Assembly (NCBI GenBank): GCA_046595225.1
Contig: JBKJPJ010000053.1
Coordinates: 1 to 37,416 of the forward strand
Origin: Candidatus Saccharimonadales bacterium
Lineage (GTDB): Bacteria > Patescibacteriota > Saccharimonadia > Saccharimonadales > OMJO01
Reading direction: 5' to 3'
DNA: 37,416 nt
The translations under genes were made by a program, and so were the position numbers. Within the stretch, counting starts at the first letter, position 1. Each line of letters starts with the position of its first letter. Under the pieces are notes generated by a model. It was not told the DNA's origin. It searched no databases and saw nothing but the letters and a program-made list of their open reading frames with translations. This document shows, in pieces, positions 31,956-37,416 of the stretch.

Positions 31956-32216
31956 TTAGCTATATAATTGGCTATGGGTACCGACCGTCATGAGCACGAT
32001 TCGTTCATTATCAACTTTTAAATAATGTATGCGCAGGTCGCCGCCAACACTCAGGGAATAGTGGGGATAGTACTTACCTTTAAGTTGATGGACACGTAAC
32101 TTTGGACTCTCAGGATGTGTTATCACTAGCCTTAAAGCTGCGAGTATCTGTAGTTGTTGTTTACGCGTTAACTTAGACCACGCTTTGTCATAGTGTTTGT
32201 GGGTTTCAATCTGCAT
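31956..32216 (-). CDS. RelE/YafQ-family mRNA interferase toxin
   Basis: HKHYDKAWSKL...HQLKGKYYPHYSLSVGGDLRIHYLKVDNERIVLMTVGTHSQLY. The ATG at 32216 overlaps the antitoxin stop by 11 nt. Confidence 0.78.
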   Translation of the reverse strand: MQIETHKHYDKAWSKLTRKQQLQILAALRLVITHPESPKLRVHQLKGKYYPHYSLSVGGDLRIHYLKVDNERIVLMTVGTHSQLYS

Positions 32217-32496
32217 GCCCAAGACCATTGAGGTGTCGTTCGATTTCTTCAAAAGAGGTAAATGGTTCACTTATATTACGACCGGCTCGAACGTCTTCCT
32301 CTATCTTGACTAGTTCTTTGGCTGTTTCTTCATTAGGGATAAGCTCTTCTTCAAACACCACCCGGCGGTCGCGGACCACCTCCCTAAGCTTATTCTCGAT
32401 AATGGCACTCAAGCTCAAGCCCAGCTGCTTAGCTAGCTTCTGGGCCTGTTGCTTAACATCGGCATCAATCTTAACAGTTACGGGAGTTTGACTCAT
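32206..32496 (-). CDS. RelB/DinJ-family (RHH) antitoxin
   Basis: TVKIDADVKQQAQKLAKQLGLSLSAIIENKLREVV. Confidence 0.78.
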   Translation of the reverse strand: MSQTPVTVKIDADVKQQAQKLAKQLGLSLSAIIENKLREVVRDRRVVFEEELIPNEETAKELVKIEEDVRAGRNISEPFTSFEEIERHLNGLGHAD

Positions 32497-32502
32497 ACGT
32501 AC

Positions 32503-32531
32503 AGAGTATTACTTTTGATGTACTATGTCAA
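32503..32531 (-). promoter_or_regulatory. Promoter TTGACA-17-TACTCT, leaderless layout, back to back with the rnpB promoter
   Basis: On the minus strand: -35 at 32526-32531, -10 at 32503-32508, 6 nt to the ATG at 32496. The plus-strand TGgTATAAT (32534-32542) for rnpB lies 3 nt beyond the -35. Confidence 0.65.
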
Positions 32532-32547
32532 TATGGTATAATAGAGG

Positions 32548-32897
32548 GGTCAGATTATTGACTGATCGCCTGTTGGATTCGTTCTGATAGGAGGAAAGTC
32601 CGGGCAGCATAGGGAATGACAGTTGCTAACGGCAACCAAGGGCAACCTTAGGGAAAGTGCCACAGAAACAATACCGCTCCTGATTTATCAGGGGTAAGGG
32701 TGAAAAGAGTGAGGTAAGAGCTCACAGTTGACTACGGTGACGTAGTCAAGAGGTAAACCCTGTCTGCTGCAAGGAAATGGGTCACATTGGTTTCCCGACC
32801 GTGGCTTGTTATTTTAACCGCTCGAGCTGGCGAGCAATCGCAAGCCTAGATAGATGATCAGTCTCGACAAAACCCGGCTTATAGATAATCTGGCGTT
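32548..32897 (+). ncRNA. rnpB: RNase P RNA, bacterial type A
   Basis: GAGGAAAGTCCGGGC and ACAAAACCCGGCTTATAG (P4 strands), GGTAAGGGTGAAA, GGTAAACCC. P1 is CAGATTAT/ATAATCTG and P2 is TGACTGATC/GATCAGTC. The ends are approximate. Confidence 0.9.
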
Positions 32898-32923
32898 AAG
32901 TTTAATCCAAAATACCGTGAATG

Positions 32924-32963
32924 TACCGTCTGCTTCCAAGATGAGAAGGGCGGTATTTTCTTT
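32924..32963 (+). terminator. Probable terminator after rnpB
   Basis: TACCGTC / GGGCGGTA stem (one G-U pair) followed by TTTTCTTT. An alternative outer AATACCG/CGGTATT pairing is possible. Confidence 0.5.
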
Positions 32964-33038
32964 ATGGAATAATGCTTATGCTTGCTTGTTTCTTGCCCTC
33001 GCTATACAGTTATTTTCATAACTAAGTCTGGGGATAGC

Positions 33039-34349
33039 ATGGCTAATATATTAATTGTGGGGGCAACGGGTGGAAGAGAGCATGCAGCTGGTGAGGCATT
33101 GTATGAGGAAGGAAATAATAACGTATCCTTCACGCACGGTAATGCTGGCACAGCTGAGTTTGGCGAAAATCTAGGGCTAAAAACTAATCAGGAAATTGCC
33201 GATTATGCAGACCCCAGCACCGTTGACTTAGCCTGGATTGGCCCAGAAGCTCCACTGATTGATGGTATTGCTGATGAGTTCCGCAGTAGGGGTGTCCCTA
33301 CTTTTGGACCAGGTGCCGATGGCGCACAAGCCGAAGCTAGCAAAGAATGGTTTGCTCTGTTTGCCAAGCAAGAAGGAATACCCCAGCCAGATTTCCATAT
33401 CCTCAGTAGTCTTTCCCAGGCCAGACTCTACTTGCGCAATTACCGTCCTGAAGAATATGTCATTAAGGCCAATGGCCAAGCCGGGGGCAAAGGCGTAGTT
33501 TTACCAAAGGACCAGCAAGAAGCTGAAGCAACATTTGGGCAGATGTTAAGTGGCGAGATGTTTGGGAATGCCGGTAAAAGGATTGTTGCACAGAAGCGGC
33601 TAGACCCCCGTGGCTCAGAGCTCTCTGCTTACTATGTCATGGATGGTACGCAGTTTTCACTGGTAGGAGTGGCAAGAGATTACAAAAGAATTGGGGAAGG
33701 CGACACAGGTAAGAATACCGGTGGCATGGGTGCTTACAGCCCCATTGAGGTTTCACCGGAACTCAGCGACCAACTTATGGATATTGGCGATAGAGTTCTA
33801 CATGGGTTTGTTCGCCGTAACATCGAATATCGGGGCGTGGTTTTTTTGGGCGGAATGATTGACGTTGAAGATGATAGTAAGCTAAAAGCCTTAGAGGCTA
33901 ACGTACGCTTTGGCGATCCTGAGTCTCAAGTAGTTATCCCGAGGTTAGGCAAAATGGGGATTAACTTCTTTGAAATGATGAATGACGTCGCCCATGGCCA
34001 ACTCGACGCGTCAATGGTTGGTGATCTTTCTGGTGGCAAAGCCGAAGCCTTTATATCGGTGTGCATTGCCGCAGAGGACTACCCAGACACTCCGCGAAAG
34101 GGAGACGCCATTCATGGCTTAGACAAAGAGTACGAAGGGGTTAATGTCTATCACGGTGGAACCGTACGAGCCGAAGACGGGACTCTTAAAACCGCAGGTG
34201 GCCGTGTGCTGTACATTACCGCCAGTGGTGAAACAATCGATCTAGCTGCTAGCCGGGCTTATGCGGCAATTGGTGAGCACGCCATTCATTTTACTGGCTT
34301 CCAGTATCGTGCTGACATTGCTTGGCAAGACAGAGGGAAAGAAAGCTAG
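33039..34349 (+). CDS. purD: Phosphoribosylamine--glycine ligase (PurD, ATP-grasp)
   Basis: GGREHA, VIKANGQAGGKGV, NTGGMGAYSP, EANVRFGDPE, GGRVL motifs. 437 aa from the ATG at 33039. Confidence 0.85.
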   Translation: MANILIVGATGGREHAAGEALYEEGNNNVSFTHGNAGTAEFGENLGLKTNQEIADYADPSTVDLAWIGPEAPLIDGIADEFRSRGVPTFGPGADGAQAEASKEWFALFAKQEGIPQPDFHILSSLSQARLYLRNYRPEEYVIKANGQAGGKGVVLPKDQQEAEATFGQMLSGEMFGNAGKRIVAQKRLDPRGSELSAYYVMDGTQFSLVGVARDYKRIGEGDTGKNTGGMGAYSPIEVSPELSDQLMDIGDRVLHGFVRRNIEYRGVVFLGGMIDVEDDSKLKALEANVRFGDPESQVVIPRLGKMGINFFEMMNDVAHGQLDASMVGDLSGGKAEAFISVCIAAEDYPDTPRKGDAIHGLDKEYEGVNVYHGGTVRAEDGTLKTAGGRVLYITASGETIDLAASRAYAAIGEHAIHFTGFQYRADIAWQDRGKES

Positions 34350-34350
34350 A

Positions 34351-34698
34351 CTAGTTTTTGAGGGCTTGTTTGACGACAGCTTCGAAGGCGGCTGGTTCGT
34401 TGACGGCTAATTCGGCCAAAATTTTGCGGTCTAAAGTGATTTGAGCCTGTTTAAGGCCGGCAATCAGCTTGCTGTAAGTTGTGCCATGGATACGGGCAGC
34501 GGCGTTAATACGGGCGTTCCAGAGTTGTCTAAATGTTCGCTTGCGGTTGCGGCGGTCCCGGTAGGCATACTGAAGGGATTTTGTAATGGCTTGTTTGCCG
34601 CGTTTAATACTGGAGCGGTGTGAGCGCTGCATGCCTTTAGTGGCTTTGCGAATCTTGTTGTGCCGCTTGCGGGCGGTAACGCCTCTTTTTACACGCAT
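34351..34698 (-). CDS. rplT: 50S ribosomal protein L20
   Basis: [16 protein letters not shown]...[17 protein letters not shown]. Confidence 0.93.
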   Translation of the reverse strand: MRVKRGVTARKRHNKIRKATKGMQRSHRSSIKRGKQAITKSLQYAYRDRRNRKRTFRQLWNARINAAARIHGTTYSKLIAGLKQAQITLDRKILAELAVNEPAAFEAVVKQALKN

Positions 34699-34699
34699 A

Positions 34700-34897
34700 T
34701 TATTTGCTACCTAGGTTTAATTTAACATTCTTAGCTGGTTTACCAGTGATAACACCCGGAACAGCAAATCGCCGTTTGCGAGCAGCGCTTTTCTTTTCTA
34801 GAAAGTGGTTCTTAGTAGGGTGCCCACGCAAAACAGTACCAGTCTTGGTAATCTTGACGCGGTCTTTGGTGCCGCTATGCGTCTTGAGTTTTGGCAT
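34700..34897 (-). CDS. rpmI: 50S ribosomal protein L35
   Basis: [29 protein letters not shown]. The start lies 23 nt inside the end of infC. Confidence 0.92.
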   Translation of the reverse strand: MPKLKTHSGTKDRVKITKTGTVLRGHPTKNHFLEKKSAARKRRFAVPGVITGKPAKNVKLNLGSK

Positions 34898-35405
34898 GTG
34901 GGTTGCTCCTTATAACAAAGCTTAACTGTTTGCCCGCCAGTTGGGGCTGTTGGTCTACTACGATTGTCTCGTTGTAGCCATCGATGATCCTCTGAGCCAG
35001 TTTAAAGCCCAAATCTTTATGGGCTAGCTCACGACCGCGGTAGAATACAGTAATTTTTACTTTATGTCCAACCTCGAGGAAGCCGGAAACTTTCCGTAAC
35101 TTCACCCCTAAATCGTGATCACCGATTTTGAGTCCAAAACGCATCTGTTTAACTTCTAACGTTTTGGTTCCGCGCTTACTCTTTTGTTGTTGCTTGGTTT
35201 TCTGGTAATTATATTTACCCCAGTCAACAATCTTGGCTACTGGCGGATCGGCATCTGGAGAAATCTCTACCAGGTCCAATCCTTGATCAGCGGCAAGCGC
35301 CAGAGCTTCACTGCGTGACAAAACGCCAAGTTGATTGCCGTCGTGGTCAATCACTCGCAAGTTGTTTGCCCGAATTTGCTCATTCAGGCGCGTGAACTTT
35401 GCTAT
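34875..35405 (-). CDS. infC: Translation initiation factor IF-3, non-canonical AUA start
   Basis: The conserved N-terminus ...LNEQIRANNLRVIDHDG extends upstream of the tracked TTG. An in-frame stop lies at 35418-35420. AAGGAG sits 8 nt before the ATA at 35403-35405. Confidence 0.85.
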   Translation of the reverse strand: MAKFTRLNEQIRANNLRVIDHDGNQLGVLSRSEALALAADQGLDLVEISPDADPPVAKIVDWGKYNYQKTKQQQKSKRGTKTLEVKQMRFGLKIGDHDLGVKLRKVSGFLEVGHKVKITVFYRGRELAHKDLGFKLAQRIIDGYNETIVVDQQPQLAGKQLSFVIRSNPHAKTQDA

Positions 35406-35440
35406 TACGTTTTCTCCTTAGTTCTTAGCTCTTGAGATAG

Positions 35441-35469
35441 AGTGTAGCAAAAATACCAACAGGGGTCAA
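35441..35469 (-). promoter_or_regulatory. infC operon promoter TTGACC-17-TACACT
   Basis: On the minus strand: -35 at 35464-35469, -10 at 35441-35446, with a leader of about 30 nt carrying the SD. Confidence 0.6.
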
Positions 35470-35580
35470 CAAAATCATATATTTGCTCTGAATTGCGCAG
35501 CTTTCTTAAATTTTTCTTAAACTTTAACAATGTCCCGATTATTACTATCCAGTGTCTTCATTCGGTCCATTGTCTCCAGT

Positions 35581-35697
35581 CTTGTAGTTATTTTTTTGCC
35601 ACCTTGCTAAAATGGAACCTCTGAGAATTTCTGTATCTGTTAAAAATGCTCACGGGTTCCATTTTTAAGAACCTGCGTTTTTGGAAGAGTTCCAGGC
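35581..35697. repeat. Copy B of the hairpin-containing repeat (copy A at 23114-23238)
   Basis: Core hairpin at 35609-35665 (AAAATGGAACC / GGTTCCATTTT) with loop ATTTCTGTATCTGTTAAAAAT. The flanking ACCTGCGnTTTT and CCAGGC are also shared with copy A. Confidence 0.8.
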
Positions 35698-35747
35698 TGT
35701 ATTAAATCCCAATCATTTTGAACTCGCACATTAAAACCTAGTTACCA

Positions 35748-37271
35748 TTAAAAGAGAGTTGCCAACGGGCGACGGTATTGAAGCGCCTCGGTTAAATGGG
35801 CAATGGTTATTGAATCGGACTGGTCTAGGTCGGCAATAGTGCGGGCCACTTTAAGCGTTTTCATGTAACTGCGGGCCGATAGTTTCAGCTGGCCGGCTGC
35901 TCTATTCAGGAGGCTGGTAGCCTCTGAGCTAAGGGAGCAATATTTCTTTATATCACGATTTTGTAGCCACGCATTGGTTTTTAAGGGGTTCTGATAACGT
36001 TGCTGTTGATAATCTCTGGCGGCATTAACTTGATTTTGGACGGTTGCGCTGGTTGCTTGGCTGTGGCCTTTAAGCAACGTAGCGTGGCTGACTTGGTCGA
36101 CTTCCACATACAAATCGATACGGTCAAGTATTGGTCCTGATAACTTTTGCTGGTAACGCATGACCTGGAAGGGCGGACAGCGGCATTCTAACGTTGTACC
36201 ATAATTACCACAGGGACAGGGGTTACAGGTGGCTATTAGCATAAATTGAGCAGGGAATGTAATGCTGTTTTTGGCCCGAGTAATAGTTATTACCTGATCT
36301 TCCAACGGTTGGCGCAGTGCTTCTATCGTCATTCGGTTATATTCAGAAATTTCATCTAAGAATAAAACACCCCGGTGACTTAGGCTAACTTCGCCGGGTC
36401 GGGAATGATGCCCACCACCGATTATAGAAACAGTACTGGCACTGTGGTGGGGCGCCCGGAACGGCCGGCTCGTAATAATTTGATCGTACTGATGACTGGC
36501 TAAACTATGTAAATGAGTGATCTCCAGCATTTCTTCTGGGGTGACAGCAGGCAGAATGGAGGGGACCGCTTTAGCCAGCATACTCTTACCAGTCCCTGGC
36601 GGTCCGCTGAGTAACAGGTTATGTGAACCGGCTGCAGCAATTTGTAAGGCCCGTTTAGCCCGTTCTTGACCAGCTATATCCTGTAGTTCAACACTATGCT
36701 GCTGGCTTACCCTAACAGGTACACCCCCAGCCGCAATATGACGCAGGGGGCTCATACCATTAAGCTCCCCACTAAAATCCATAATGTTTATAACGGGTAT
36801 CAGCACTATGCCGGGGACCAGTTGTGCTTGAGGTAGATTGGCGGCCGGAATGTAAAACTGGTTGTAACCACAGTCACGACTGGCGAGTAATTTTCCTATG
36901 ATACCTCTTACAGCTCGAACGCTGCCATCCAGGCCAAGCTCCCCGATAACCGGAGTATTCGCTAATCTTTTGGCCAGCGCTTGGCCACTGGCTAATAGTA
37001 TTGCTGCCACTATAGCCAGATCAAAACTAGTACTTTCTTTTGGAATATCAGCAGGGGCTAAATTTATAGTAATGCGCTTGCGGGGCAGATTTAGGTTACA
37101 GCTTGCAAAAGCACTTCGTACTCGTTCGCGTGCTTCGTCGACTGCCCGGTTAGCAGAGCCCACAATTATTATGGCCGGTAAGCCATTGGACATATGGCAT
37201 TCAACATCGATCATAAGACCAGCCGTACCTAAATCTAATACGCTCAATACTCTATTCATACTATAAAGCAT
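35748..37271 (-). CDS. comM: Mg-chelatase-like AAA+ protein YifB/ComM
   Basis: N-terminal Lon-protease-like domain, Walker A GPPGTGKSM, LFLDEISE Walker B, a Cys cluster CNPCPCG...CRC and a C-terminal ChlI-like helix bundle. Confidence 0.88.
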   Translation of the reverse strand: MLYSMNRVLSVLDLGTAGLMIDVECHMSNGLPAIIIVGSANRAVDEARERVRSAFASCNLNLPRKRITINLAPADIPKESTSFDLAIVAAILLASGQALAKRLANTPVIGELGLDGSVRAVRGIIGKLLASRDCGYNQFYIPAANLPQAQLVPGIVLIPVINIMDFSGELNGMSPLRHIAAGGVPVRVSQQHSVELQDIAGQERAKRALQIAAAGSHNLLLSGPPGTGKSMLAKAVPSILPAVTPEEMLEITHLHSLASHQYDQIITSRPFRAPHHSASTVSIIGGGHHSRPGEVSLSHRGVLFLDEISEYNRMTIEALRQPLEDQVITITRAKNSITFPAQFMLIATCNPCPCGNYGTTLECRCPPFQVMRYQQKLSGPILDRIDLYVEVDQVSHATLLKGHSQATSATVQNQVNAARDYQQQRYQNPLKTNAWLQNRDIKKYCSLSSEATSLLNRAAGQLKLSARSYMKTLKVARTIADLDQSDSITIAHLTEALQYRRPLATLF

Positions 37272-37285
37272 ATACCTAAAATATT

Positions 37286-37323
37286 AACAAAAAAATAACC
37301 CGCAACTTTTTTGGTTGCGGGTT
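37286..37323 (-). terminator. Intrinsic terminator for a minus-strand gene lying beyond the right edge
   Basis: On the minus strand: AACCCGCAAC-caaaaaa-GTTGCGGGTT followed by ATTTTTTTG. Confidence 0.7.
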
Positions 37324-37416
37324 AGATGTGAGTTTTTATTATAATTTTGGCGTTGTTTTGGATGTTGGTGTTATCACTCTTTTTTATGGAACAACGGCTT
37401 GCGAGAAGCCGTTGTT

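Noticed and set aside
1-37416. CRISPR arrays, transposases/IS elements, phage structural or defence-system enzymes (RT, Cas, helicase-nuclease)
   Set aside because: I scanned for spaced direct repeats and for large unassigned ORFs and found none. The only dispersed repeat is the two-copy hairpin element.

Overview
This is a gene-dense bacterial chromosomal window that uses the standard code (TGA is used as a stop). Three traits point to a small-genome Saccharibacteria/CPR-like organism: a monoderm-style type IV pilus cluster with no secretin, many leaderless genes, and isolated metabolic genes. That assignment is inference, not a search result.

Layout:
- 1-10.6 kb: type IV pilus cluster (pilN, pilO, a small TM gene, pilB, pilT, pilC, major pilin, prepilin peptidase, three minor pilins, a PilX-like protein).
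- 10.6-12.1 kb: Xer-type recombinase and ndk.
- 12.2-20.0 kb: accessory stretch with six type II toxin-antitoxin pairs interleaved with tRNA-Arg, -Asp, -Thr and -Gly. It also holds three orphan small ORFs, a bPH membrane protein and a parvulin PPIase.
- 20.1-22.6 kb: membrane protein, processive GT2 glycosyltransferase and nrdR.
- 22.6-24.7 kb: an ORF-poor, structure-rich region. It contains a 44-aa ORF with its own promoter and terminator, and a hairpin repeat of roughly 105-125 nt that recurs at 35.6 kb. It also contains tRNA-Val and a strongly promoted unit: a leader of about 170 nt, an untracked 54-aa two-TM ORF and a 156-aa zinc-ribbon protein of unknown function. A terminator in front of thrS follows.
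- 24.7-30.1 kb: housekeeping genes (thrS, ATL-type protein, miaA, wHTH protein, MBL-fold protein, rpmB, site-2 protease).
- 30.3-32.5 kb: mazEF, tRNA-Pro, an ASCH-RNase HI fusion and a relE/yafQ-dinJ pair.
- 32.5-37.4 kb: RNase P RNA, an isolated purD, rplT-rpmI-infC (AUA start) and comM/yifB.

I saw no CRISPR array, transposase or phage structural genes.

Most worth a second look:
- the 22.6-24.7 kb region and its repeat;
- the tRNA-Asp 3'-end duplication;
- the systematic '-10 hexamer + 6 nt + ATG' leaderless layout.
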